Virus record (IMG/VR): IMGVR_UViG_3300020438_000007
Coordinates: 1-64,000 of that record
Direction: 5' to 3' (one strand)
Length of the DNA: 64,000 nucleotides
Shown here: positions 26,788-36,358 of the stretch, piece after piece
Numbering within the stretch: the first letter of the stretch is position 1
Layout of the letters: each line of letters starts with the position of its first letter
Program-made: the position numbers and the translations under genes
Notes under the pieces: model-generated
What the model saw: only the letters and a program-made list of their open reading frames with translations
Told to the model about the DNA's origin: nothing
Databases searched by the model: none

Positions 26788-28094
26788 TTCTTTTTACCTA
26801 AGTCTTTAATAGATGACGTACCTTGAACAATCTTTGAACGTCCATAGGGGTTTCTGACATCATCATTGTCAGCAGACTTACGATACCTTTCTGGTTGTCC
26901 TCTACCAGTTGTGTTATTTCTTTTCTTACCATCAAAAGAAGTATATTGATTGGAAGTTTTGTTTTTCCTACCTTTAAAGGCATATTCATCATTTCTTCTA
27001 CCCATCTTGTTTGCAAGACTTTTACTTATGCCCTTGTCTTCATTACCTTCACCAGCACCAGCATTGTAAGCGGCCATTCTGTTCTCATCAAGTGAGTCCA
27101 GTTCATCTCTCCAATTAGAGAAACTACTCATCTGGATTGCTGCTACCTTTTGTTGTAACTTTGTATCCTGTTTGTTGTCTTTCTTGATTATCTTATTAAC
27201 CAATGCTTTTTTGGCCATGTTAGCCGATTTTAATTTCCGTTCTGCTTGTCTTTGTGAAGCTTGATTGACTGGTGACATAGACATTTCATCTAGGTTGTGA
27301 TCAACTTCTTCTTTCTTTGAACTGTTACCATAGTTTGCAGCACCCTTCTTGCGACACTGTACTAATCTACCTGATGCGTATGCAGATGGCCAAACACTTG
27401 CACTTGCTTTTACTTTTTTATAACAAGCGTCTTTCTTACCACTACCACTTCCTTTCTTATCTTCTTCGGTAACTACTTCTTCTTTATTCAGGATCGCCTG
27501 CCTACGTCCTGAAGGATCTTGTATTGCAATGCGACGTTGCATCTGCTTATTGGCTTCTTTCGATTTACCATGATGTGCAGCGACAACTTCTTTAGCATAA
27601 GCTTTATCAGCCTGACGTGACATCTTCTCTTTAGGAAGTGGTTTGTATCCTTCTAAAAGAGCCTCCAGAACCATATCTCTAGAACCCCAAAGATCATTCT
27701 CACTAATAAATGCCTCTACTAATTCTTCATCAGACCATCTGTCTGTGTCATATCCCTCTTCTACAATACCTGTCAACCAAGTATCAAATGTCTCTCTATG
27801 ATTCTCTTTCTCTAGGAGTTTAAGTGTATTCCATTCCGATCTATACTTTCCTTCCTTCTTTAATTTCTTTTGTTGCCAAGAGTCAAGTGCCTGATCTGGA
27901 CGTTTCCCTGATGCCATCTCAGATTTCTTATGAGCTTGAAATGCAGAAGCGGACTTCGCTCTGTCAGCATCCCTCTGTTGGTTCTTTGCAGCTTGATCTT
28001 GAATCTTTTTCTTTACATTGTCCTCATTCTTTTGTAGATTAGGATGTAAAGGCGATTCATAAATTGCAGAATAGGCTTCAGAAAGTTTGTCCAT
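26784..28094 (-). CDS. Modular basic/acidic protein, putative internal head polyprotein
   Basis: Start at MDKLSE; many L-X-E sites; SNWRDEL motif; late promoter upstream. Confidence 0.8.
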   Translation of the reverse strand: MDKLSEAYSAIYESPLHPNLQKNEDNVKKKIQDQAAKNQQRDADRAKSASAFQAHKKSEMASGKRPDQALDSWQQKKLKKEGKYRSEWNTLKLLEKENHRETFDTWLTGIVEEGYDTDRWSDEELVEAFISENDLWGSRDMVLEALLEGYKPLPKEKMSRQADKAYAKEVVAAHHGKSKEANKQMQRRIAIQDPSGRRQAILNKEEVVTEEDKKGSGSGKKDACYKKVKASASVWPSAYASGRLVQCRKKGAANYGNSSKKEEVDHNLDEMSMSPVNQASQRQAERKLKSANMAKKALVNKIIKKDNKQDTKLQQKVAAIQMSSFSNWRDELDSLDENRMAAYNAGAGEGNEDKGISKSLANKMGRRNDEYAFKGRKNKTSNQYTSFDGKKRNNTTGRGQPERYRKSADNDDVRNPYGRSKIVQGTSSIKDLGKKK

Positions 28095-28125
28095 TTTAAA
28101 AGGATACAGTATAGCTATCATAACG

Positions 28126-28146
28126 TATTTATTATATCAATAAATA
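28126..28146. promoter_or_regulatory. Back-to-back divergent late promoters
   Basis: ATAAATA on the minus strand (28132-28126) and on the plus strand (28140-28146), at the strand switch. Confidence 0.8.
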
Positions 28147-28175
28147 GAAGACAGGGACTCTATATTTTTAGCTAA

Positions 28176-30731
28176 ATGGCTCGTCAGGGAATATTTACTG
28201 GATTCACACCGAATGATGGTCTGGGAGATTCCCTTGCCTTAGGCGCATCCAAAGTAAATCAAAACTTTACAGAGATTTATACTACCTTCGGTGACGGTAC
28301 AAATCTCAGTGTTAATGCAGGGAGTGCTGGTACTTGGACGAAGGCAGGGAACACAGGAATTTACACAAGTAAGAACGTTGGCATCGGTACGACTGATCCT
28401 ACTGCTTCTTTATTTGTATCAGGTAATGTTCAATTAACAGGTATTACAACTGGAACATTCGTTGGAGATGGTTCTGGTCTAACAGGTGTGACCGCAGTTG
28501 GTCAAGGTGTTGTTATAAAAGACAGTGGAACACTAGTTGGTGTTGCACAAAGTCTTAACTTAGATAAGAATTTAACTGTCACACAGGTGTTTGGTGGAAA
28601 TGTAACAGTTTCTGCTGCTGATACTGTAGGATTTGCGTTCACTTCTGGATTCTCTACTACATCTGCATACGCAAACGTTTCTGGAGTATCAACCACTGCA
28701 ACAACTGCTGGGTTTGCTGACACTGCAACACTGGCATACACTGCAAACTTCGCCACGATTGCTGGTATCGTAACTTACTCACAGGCATCTGGTATTGCAA
28801 CCAACTCTGGTGTTGCTGAGTATGCAAAGGTAGCTGGTATCGCATCATACGTTGCCAATGCAGGGTTCTCAACCATGGCGGGGTATGCACATACCGCAGG
28901 CATCGCCACAGTCGCACAGAATTTAACAGGAACTCCTTCTATTGTTATCGACAATATCAATTCTGCGATTGGTATTGTGACCATGCCTGGTCAAGGTAGT
29001 AAGATGCGTTTCGACTTTGACGCAACAGGTGATCTACCCCAATCAACCTCTTGGAGAGGTATGTTTGCATGGGCAAACAACACCAAGACTGCATATGTTT
29101 CCAGTGGAACCACAATGGGTGGTTACAATGGTTGGAGACAGATACTTCATCAGGATGACGAAGGCAACTACTTTACAGTAGGTGTCATAACTGCATCCAA
29201 GTTTGCTGGTGATGGATCTGGACTTACAAACTTACCATCAACAGATAGTATTTGGAGAACAAACTCCACTGGTATTCACACTCTCAGCAACGTTGGTCTT
29301 GGAACTACCAACACAGAAGGATATAAACTTAACGTACTAGGTAACTTAAAGTTACAAGGCAGACTGGACGGAACTGCAACAGATAATATACTACCTCACT
29401 TGTGGTCAACCTACGCATCTCTACCATCATCATCCACTTATCATGGTGCATTTGCTCACGTTCATGAGACAGGAAAGGCATACTATGCACACGCTGGTTG
29501 GAATGAACTGGTCAATAAAAATCAAGATCAATCGGTTGGAACTGGAACTGAAAACTATAGAGTTGGTGTTCTAACTGCAATATCATTTACTGGAGATGGA
29601 TCTGGTTTAAGTAATATCAATGTATCATACGCAGCTTCAGCTGGTATTGCAACTCTATCACAAGGACTAGAAGGTAAACCAGACATCTTAGTTGCTAACA
29701 TCAACTGTACTGGTATTACTACTAGTGCAACATTCGTTGGAGATGGTTCTGGACTGACAGGTATCACTGCATCTGGTAGTGGTATTATCATCAGAGAAGG
29801 CGGCACACTCGTAGGAACTATTGGAACTGTAAACTTCGGAACTGGTTTCGATGTTTCCCCTGCATCTGCTGGTGTAGTAACAGTCACCACATCAGGTGGC
29901 GGCGGTGGTGGTATCTCTGGTATTGTATATCAGGAGGAAGGATCTACTGTTGGTACTGCACAAACCGTTAACTTCATTGGTGTTGCATGTACAGTAACAC
30001 ATAGTGGTGGAGTTGCAACTGTCAACTTGGCAGGAGCAGTACCATTCACAGGACCTGCTGCAAGCATAACTGCACTTGACATTACACAGTATGAAGCAGC
30101 ATATGGATGGGGTGATCACTCTGGTGCTGGATATCTGACAGGTATAGGTGGTCAAGGATTAGGTAATCTAAACAACGTTTCTAATGTATCTCCAAGTACA
30201 AGTGATGTATTAACATGGAGTGGATCACAGTGGGCACCAGCCGCACCTACAGGTGGTAGTGGTGGAATAATAATTAAAGAAGAAGGAAGTCAAGTTGCAG
30301 CAGGAATCACCTCACTTAATTTTGTTGGATCTACTGTAAGTGCAACTGCTTCTGGAACAGATGGAACTATCACAATCACTTCTGGTGGTGGTGGAGGTGG
30401 CAGTATTTCCACAACTGGAGTTGGAACATACACTGCATCTGCTGGTGTGGAACAACAGGTAGATTCATGGTCTAAGTTAAGTTACTCTGGTGCAGAGTAC
30501 ACATTTATGATTGGTCTAGGAACATTCAGACAATCACAGAAAGTTCTTGTCATGCACGATGGAACTACGGCGTTCTCACAAGAATATGGCATCATGTTCT
30601 CTCCAGAACAACAGGTATCAATCGCTGCAACTGTAAGTAGTAACAACGTTCTAGTTAAAGTTACTCCTGAGTCAGGGATATCTGGTTTATCAACATACAG
30701 ATTCGTTAAAACTTTTATTGAGAACCTATGA
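28176..30731 (+). CDS. Tail fibre-like virion protein
   Basis: gp9/gp10-like N-terminus (NDGLGDSL..GASKVNQNFTEIY); VGIGTT and FxGDGSGLT repeats; Gly/Thr-rich. Confidence 0.85.
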   Translation: MARQGIFTGFTPNDGLGDSLALGASKVNQNFTEIYTTFGDGTNLSVNAGSAGTWTKAGNTGIYTSKNVGIGTTDPTASLFVSGNVQLTGITTGTFVGDGSGLTGVTAVGQGVVIKDSGTLVGVAQSLNLDKNLTVTQVFGGNVTVSAADTVGFAFTSGFSTTSAYANVSGVSTTATTAGFADTATLAYTANFATIAGIVTYSQASGIATNSGVAEYAKVAGIASYVANAGFSTMAGYAHTAGIATVAQNLTGTPSIVIDNINSAIGIVTMPGQGSKMRFDFDATGDLPQSTSWRGMFAWANNTKTAYVSSGTTMGGYNGWRQILHQDDEGNYFTVGVITASKFAGDGSGLTNLPSTDSIWRTNSTGIHTLSNVGLGTTNTEGYKLNVLGNLKLQGRLDGTATDNILPHLWSTYASLPSSSTYHGAFAHVHETGKAYYAHAGWNELVNKNQDQSVGTGTENYRVGVLTAISFTGDGSGLSNINVSYAASAGIATLSQGLEGKPDILVANINCTGITTSATFVGDGSGLTGITASGSGIIIREGGTLVGTIGTVNFGTGFDVSPASAGVVTVTTSGGGGGGISGIVYQEEGSTVGTAQTVNFIGVACTVTHSGGVATVNLAGAVPFTGPAASITALDITQYEAAYGWGDHSGAGYLTGIGGQGLGNLNNVSNVSPSTSDVLTWSGSQWAPAAPTGGSGGIIIKEEGSQVAAGITSLNFVGSTVSATASGTDGTITITSGGGGGGSISTTGVGTYTASAGVEQQVDSWSKLSYSGAEYTFMIGLGTFRQSQKVLVMHDGTTAFSQEYGIMFSPEQQVSIAATVSSNNVLVKVTPESGISGLSTYRFVKTFIENL

Positions 30732-32944
30732 TTCATACTAGTACGAACACTCTCGATAGGTCAGGCCTGGCTACCAAGCCAGTTGGAACTGATGACAAGA
30801 AGGCATACTCTATTAAATGTTATACCAAAAATGATTGGGTATTCATTCATGAGGAACTAGAGAAAGATGGATCATTGGAAGATAACATTCCTGATCCAAC
30901 AATAGTATGTCCTGACAAGAAGGAACATAGTGATACCAGAGCAACTTACATGTTGACTGATGCGGAAGCAGAGGATTTAAGAAAACATGAGAAGGTACAG
31001 TGGGTCTGTATTGACTATGATGTATATCCAGGCAACTATTCTCCAGATCCAAAAGATATTATCGCTGGTGTACAAAAATTTGGTAGGTTCAATAAGACAG
31101 TATCTAACTACAGAGCATGGAATACTTCGCCAACAGGCACTAGGCCACCAACAACCCAGGCTGGTATTGGTGCAACAGATAAGAACAGAACTGGATATCA
31201 AATACTAAGACATACACAAAAAGAAAACCCTTGGGATGCAACATCCACTGGGCTGACTGGATCTGATCATCTAATAATAGAGACTGAACCAAAGCAATTA
31301 GGTGATGGCACTGGTGTAGATGCAATCGTAGCTGATGATGGTTTCTGGATTGCACACCCAGAATTTGTAACAACTGACGATGATCCTGTAGGTTGGTCAA
31401 CAGGAAACGCATTAACATGGAGTGGTATATCTACAACTCCAGGCACATGTGGTGTTCTAGATGTACTTCTTGATGGTCCATATTATATTGACCCAGCATG
31501 GTTCAATGCAGATCCAGGCAATAGATTGATTCAACGTTGGGACGGAACAACAGTACCAGTAGAGTCTGTTGCAAGAGCATGGTGGTCTGATTCAAGTCAG
31601 AGATCAGTAGGATTCTCTACCATTGGCACTACAAATGGTTTCAGTGCTTCATATAGTAGACAAAGTTGCAACGGAAGTAACACACAGAAACCAACCAACG
31701 GTTCTGATCACGGAACTCAGTGTTCTGGTCAAGTATATGGTAAGAATTATGGATCGGCATATAACTGTAACAAATGGGTATTGAATGGTATCGGTGGTTC
31801 TAATGCTGGAATCAATGGTAGTCAATTTGATATACAGAAACTCTTCCACTTATATAAACCAAACTATGATAGACATTCTGCTATCACTGGTAAAGAAAAT
31901 GATACTAAAAACCCCACACTATCAAGTAATAGTTGGGGTTACAGATCTAGCTCTATACATACCACAGGTTACTATTGGTATAGACCATCAGCAACAGATG
32001 GATCAGAGACTGGCGTATCCTATAGTAGTGGTGCTGAACCAGAATTCATTGATTTACTAGGCGCATATGGTGATAGTAATAGGTGTAAAGGAGAGATGGT
32101 AGAAAGTTCTGTAACTGCTGCTGGTGATGAGTTAGCTGAGGCGGGAGTTATCTTCGTCTGTGCTGCTGGTAATAGTAATCAGACTCAATGTAGTCCTGGC
32201 GATCTTGACTTTGATAATTATTGGGCTACCAGTTCTCAAGGTAACAGTTCTTCCTTAGAATCCGCAACTCATAGTGAATTTGGATTGACATGTTATAACA
32301 CTATCAATAGAAGAGGATGGCCACAGGCACTAGGTAAAACCACATCTGGATTATCTACTGCTGGAACTGAATATGCTGCTATTAATATTGGTGCATTAGA
32401 TGATCAAATTACAAGTAGTGGACTAGGTGGTAACACCACAGACTACAAAGAAAAGAAAGTGAACTATAGTGATATGGGAACAGGTATTGATTGTTATGGT
32501 GCTGCTGATGACACACTCACAGCAGATGGAAGAGCATCATCTCTTACATATGTTCACCCAGAAACATATACTGGTCTCACACTTACCCCATATGATATTG
32601 ATTTTGGTGGTACTAGTTCTGGATGTCCTACATGTGCTGGTTGGTTAACTACCAAACTACAATATAATAGAGATTGGACTTGGAGAGAAATAAAAGATTG
32701 GTTGAAAAACCAGTGTGGTAGTCAATCTCCTGACAGATTTTACTATGGTGATAACATTACATCTTTCACTGCAACAACAGCTGCATGGGAAGATATGTAT
32801 TCCGTTCAGATGTATGGTCAAGGACCTGTTGTCATCTGGGATGCTCCTACTGGTTCACCTACCGAACCCAAAAAACCTGAGATAAAAATCACCAACTCCC
32901 CTAACCTTAAAATCAGTGGTGGAGTTGAGATAAAGTTCTCTTAA
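30728..32944 (+). CDS. Subtilisin-like S8 serine peptidase
   Basis: D (VADDG), H (DHGTQCSG), oxyanion N (AAGN) and S (GGTSSGCP); N-terminal propeptide-like region. Confidence 0.85.
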   Translation: MIHTSTNTLDRSGLATKPVGTDDKKAYSIKCYTKNDWVFIHEELEKDGSLEDNIPDPTIVCPDKKEHSDTRATYMLTDAEAEDLRKHEKVQWVCIDYDVYPGNYSPDPKDIIAGVQKFGRFNKTVSNYRAWNTSPTGTRPPTTQAGIGATDKNRTGYQILRHTQKENPWDATSTGLTGSDHLIIETEPKQLGDGTGVDAIVADDGFWIAHPEFVTTDDDPVGWSTGNALTWSGISTTPGTCGVLDVLLDGPYYIDPAWFNADPGNRLIQRWDGTTVPVESVARAWWSDSSQRSVGFSTIGTTNGFSASYSRQSCNGSNTQKPTNGSDHGTQCSGQVYGKNYGSAYNCNKWVLNGIGGSNAGINGSQFDIQKLFHLYKPNYDRHSAITGKENDTKNPTLSSNSWGYRSSSIHTTGYYWYRPSATDGSETGVSYSSGAEPEFIDLLGAYGDSNRCKGEMVESSVTAAGDELAEAGVIFVCAAGNSNQTQCSPGDLDFDNYWATSSQGNSSSLESATHSEFGLTCYNTINRRGWPQALGKTTSGLSTAGTEYAAINIGALDDQITSSGLGGNTTDYKEKKVNYSDMGTGIDCYGAADDTLTADGRASSLTYVHPETYTGLTLTPYDIDFGGTSSGCPTCAGWLTTKLQYNRDWTWREIKDWLKNQCGSQSPDRFYYGDNITSFTATTAAWEDMYSVQMYGQGPVVIWDAPTGSPTEPKKPEIKITNSPNLKISGGVEIKFS

Positions 32945-32950
32945 TAAATA
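32944..32950 (+). promoter_or_regulatory. Late promoter ATAAATA
   Basis: Intergenic match upstream of 32969. Confidence 0.7.
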
Positions 32951-32968
32951 CTAAAAAGTACTAGCGAA

Positions 32969-33832
32969 ATGGCAGAAAAATCATTTGGTGTAAAGGACCT
33001 GAATATAGTTGGAGCGAGTGGTGATCCAACTATAGAAAGTAATGGCGACCTTAATTTAAAAGCTGGTCAAGTTGCAATCCAAACTAACACCACAATCACA
33101 GGAGTAGTTACTGCAACATCATTCAGTGGTAATGGATCAGGATTAACAGGAGTTACTGCTTCTGGAACTGGTATCATCATCAAAGATGGTGGATCAACAG
33201 TTGGAACTGCTGGAACCATAGACTTTGGAGCAAACTTAAGTGTGTCCGCACTATCAGGTGCAGCTGTGACTGTGACTGCGAGTGCTGGCGGAATCACTAT
33301 TGAAGATGAAGGCAGTGCATTATCCACAGCTGCAACCACACTAGACTTTGTTGGAGGTGGAGTGGTTGCATCTGGTACTGGAGCAGAAAAAACAATTACT
33401 ATTGCTGGTGCATCTGTCCCTGCAAACTTAACTGCAACAACCTTAGATGTAGTTGGAATCGTAACTGCTGGTAGTTTTGTTACCGATCTAATTACTGGAA
33501 ACGGAAGTGATCGTGGATTCTGTACTAGATATTATGTAACTGCAAACGGTGCTTCAGACTATAGATTTGCAGGGCCTGGAATACTTAATACTGTAGGTGA
33601 TCCTACTCTATATCTACATAGAGGATTCACATACTTGTTTGAGAACTCAACTGGTAGTTCACACCCATTCCGTATTCAATTTACAGGAACAACTACAGGT
33701 GTGGGAACATATGTCAGTGGAAGTCAGAATGGAGCACAGATATTTACAATACCTCACGATGCTCCACTCAGTTATGAATATCAATGTACTGCACATGCCA
33801 GTATGAAAGGAACATTTATTATCCCTAATTAG
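32969..33832 (+). CDS. Short fibre-like protein with a C-terminal cupredoxin-like domain
   Basis: FSGNGSGLT and IEDEG..LDFVG fibre repeats; HPF...YQCTAHASM. Confidence 0.75.
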   Translation: MAEKSFGVKDLNIVGASGDPTIESNGDLNLKAGQVAIQTNTTITGVVTATSFSGNGSGLTGVTASGTGIIIKDGGSTVGTAGTIDFGANLSVSALSGAAVTVTASAGGITIEDEGSALSTAATTLDFVGGGVVASGTGAEKTITIAGASVPANLTATTLDVVGIVTAGSFVTDLITGNGSDRGFCTRYYVTANGASDYRFAGPGILNTVGDPTLYLHRGFTYLFENSTGSSHPFRIQFTGTTTGVGTYVSGSQNGAQIFTIPHDAPLSYEYQCTAHASMKGTFIIPN

Positions 33833-33833
33833 T

Positions 33834-34436
33834 ATGTCACCATTAGCATTTGGAATTGGAAAGTCAAGGGGAGCTCAATTTGATGCTCCAGTATTCTACT
33901 CAAATTTATTACAGTTTTACTGGCACTGGACTGACGGTAAGGACTTTGATCTCAGATGTGAGTTCATTCGTCCTACTCAATTAGCTGGTCTAGTAGTAGG
34001 AACTGACAAACTATCTCAGATTGTAGATAGTGGTGGTTCAGTTACATACATGAAATGGGGTGGAGATAACACCCAAGACACAGAAGGATATGAAGGTGTA
34101 TACATTGACATAAATGCAATCAAAACTGTGCCAGGCGGACTTGCAAACAATGTTATAGAACTAGATTTCAGAGGTATGTGGTATGCAGAAGTTGGCACAA
34201 ACCCAGTAGTAGTAAGAGGTTCTGCATATCAAGGCGGAACAATGTCATTAGAAAGAGACACACCTAACGTGCCTGGATTTGGTTTTGTTAACGTAGGTTA
34301 CGCTCAATCCTTTACAAATTACAAAGAAAGTATACCCAAAGTTGTTACAAGTGTTGACCGAGAAGGAACTGGTCAACGATTAGGCCGCGCCATCATTGAC
34401 TTAAACACATTTGAGATAACTTTTCTAGATTACTAG
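33834..34436 (+). CDS. Hypothetical protein (probably structural)
   Basis: 200 aa, beta-rich, coupled to the fibre gene. Confidence 0.75.
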   Translation: MSPLAFGIGKSRGAQFDAPVFYSNLLQFYWHWTDGKDFDLRCEFIRPTQLAGLVVGTDKLSQIVDSGGSVTYMKWGGDNTQDTEGYEGVYIDINAIKTVPGGLANNVIELDFRGMWYAEVGTNPVVVRGSAYQGGTMSLERDTPNVPGFGFVNVGYAQSFTNYKESIPKVVTSVDREGTGQRLGRAIIDLNTFEITFLDY

Positions 34437-34471
34437 TATCAAATTGTATCAAATTATATAATTTCTCTGCG

Positions 34472-34479
34472 TATAAATA
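34472..34479 (+). promoter_or_regulatory. T4-consensus late promoter TATAAATA
   Basis: Exact match upstream of 34506. Confidence 0.75.
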
Positions 34480-34505
34480 CAGGCAGACTAAGAGTGGGAA
34501 ATCAC

Positions 34506-35018
34506 ATGAAAAGATTTTTACCTTTAATTATGCTTTTGATGGCGGCTCCCATGGCAGCGAGGGCCGATTTAACACACCGTTTGACTACGAGTACACAACT
34601 TACCGTAGACAGCGCAGCAACTCAGGCCACAAGGATTGGGTCAACCTATAGTGTACAAGGTACAAACATTACCGCAGGCACAATGGGTGGACTAACAAAG
34701 TCTTCTGGGGATAGTATTTCAACAGCGGCTGCTAGTCAAACTCAAGGTGCATACACAGTTACAACTGCTGGCTCTGCCTTCAGCTTAAGTGAATCATTCA
34801 CTTTAGGCGATGCAGTAAATCCAATCGGAACTGGTGTTGACGTATCTTCGGGTGTTGTCGTTGACATGCCTGCCTATGGTAGTGTAATCACTCAAAGTGG
34901 CGGCGTGGCAGGGAGTCTTGCTGGTACAATTACTTCAGCGGGCGTTATGACACTAACAGCTGGCGGGGCAGGCACATCTGCTACTGGGCAATTTGTTTCA
35001 GAAATCTCGATAGATTGA
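34506..35018 (+). CDS. Exported Thr/Ser/Gly-rich protein
   Basis: Signal peptide MKRFLPLIMLLMAAPMAARA|D. Confidence 0.8.
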   Translation: MKRFLPLIMLLMAAPMAARADLTHRLTTSTQLTVDSAATQATRIGSTYSVQGTNITAGTMGGLTKSSGDSISTAAASQTQGAYTVTTAGSAFSLSESFTLGDAVNPIGTGVDVSSGVVVDMPAYGSVITQSGGVAGSLAGTITSAGVMTLTAGGAGTSATGQFVSEISID

Positions 35019-35027
35019 ACATGAGTA

Positions 35028-35522
35028 ATGAAGAAACTTCTAACGACATTTGTGACAGTTGCGGTTGCCATTGTCCTTGCGAATGTGAGGACTGCGAAGG
35101 CTGTGCCTGTGGTGCCTAATTTCCAACAGGGCAGCATGACATCTCGGACCGAAACGACTTCGACAGTGACCGAGACTATAAATTCAATTGATATGAGGAC
35201 AGGATGGGAGTATTCGGTAACGGGCACAGGGGTTTCCAACAATGGAGAATCACTCAACCCACCAGTGAGTACATCAACAGTGAATGTAACACCAAGCAGT
35301 TCAGCGGGTTCAACAGGGGGAGCATTAGTAACAGGACAAGTAACAAGTTCCTTCGACTCCTTAGACTTCTCCAACCCAAACAGTTTTACAATAACAAATC
35401 CAGGCGGAAGCTTTCAATTCACACAGAGCTACCAAGGGCCTGGCATGACCAACCAGACAATAATACAGAGAGTGACCGCCATAGAAAGCGTGACCGACAC
35501 AACTTCAACGTTTACACAATAG
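35028..35522 (+). CDS. Exported Thr/Ser-rich protein
   Basis: Signal peptide ending TAKA|VPVVPNF. Confidence 0.8.
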   Translation: MKKLLTTFVTVAVAIVLANVRTAKAVPVVPNFQQGSMTSRTETTSTVTETINSIDMRTGWEYSVTGTGVSNNGESLNPPVSTSTVNVTPSSSAGSTGGALVTGQVTSSFDSLDFSNPNSFTITNPGGSFQFTQSYQGPGMTNQTIIQRVTAIESVTDTTSTFTQ

Positions 35523-36358
35523 GTACATTAGTACTATCAATTATCTCTCCAACGGCGGCATTAGCAGAGAATGTTGGAGGGGTATCAGCGACAGCAAATC
35601 CAATAGCGAACAGCTCGGGCAGTGTTACAAATCAAGCTATACAGGTGCTACAAGGACCGTATATAACTAATACTTACGGTGGTGGCGTGCAATGTCAAGG
35701 TGCTACTGTCAACTTCACACCCTACTTACAATTTGCGGACAGTAGAAAAGATCCTTGGAGAGATTTCTACATGGAGCCACAATATAATACTACTGACTTT
35801 ACTGGTCGTACTTCACAACAAACTGTCACAGTAAAAAACTATCCTTGGGAGTCATGGTATGACACAAGGACTAAAGCAGATGGAACTAGATGGTTCCCCG
35901 ATGGTGAAGACATGGATATAGTTGTAGATGTAGATGGTCCCAATGGCATACCAGACAATCCAGGCCAAGTACTCTGGGAGAAACCTGTTCGTACTAATAT
36001 GGTAGCAAACCAGTCATTCAATCTTGGTTTATCTGCTACTCTTTCTATACCACTCAACAGAGGTTTGCAAAAGAAATGTAGTGAAGCAGCACAGGCACAA
36101 AATGATATGCAAAAACAATTACTTGCCAATAAGCGCCTCGACTTTGAACTAGCAAGACTCAAGAATTGTGGTGAATTGAAAAAAACTGGCATATTTTTCC
36201 ACCCCAAATCACCATACCATTCTGTATGTGCTGACGTGGTAGTTACAAATCCTGGCGGTCAACTACTTCCGCACACACATGACATGCCTAAACCAAATTG
36301 GAAAGAAGAAAAACCAAATGGCAGTGCATCTGATCTAGAAACATTTCAAATACCCTAA
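35204..36358 (+). CDS. Exported or membrane protein; start codon uncertain
   Basis: Signal-like segment IGTLVLSIISPTAALA|E near 35520. The only in-frame ATG upstream of it is at 35204, inside the previous gene. Confidence 0.7.
   Translation: MGVFGNGHRGFQQWRITQPTSEYINSECNTKQFSGFNRGSISNRTSNKFLRLLRLLQPKQFYNNKSRRKLSIHTELPRAWHDQPDNNTESDRHRKRDRHNFNVYTIGTLVLSIISPTAALAENVGGVSATANPIANSSGSVTNQAIQVLQGPYITNTYGGGVQCQGATVNFTPYLQFADSRKDPWRDFYMEPQYNTTDFTGRTSQQTVTVKNYPWESWYDTRTKADGTRWFPDGEDMDIVVDVDGPNGIPDNPGQVLWEKPVRTNMVANQSFNLGLSATLSIPLNRGLQKKCSEAAQAQNDMQKQLLANKRLDFELARLKNCGELKKTGIFFHPKSPYHSVCADVVVTNPGGQLLPHTHDMPKPNWKEEKPNGSASDLETFQIP

Noticed and set aside
28600-28930. Periodic Ala-x-x repeats in the fibre gene as a DNA repeat array
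   Set aside because: The periodicity is at the protein level (a fibre shaft). The DNA copies are not identical.
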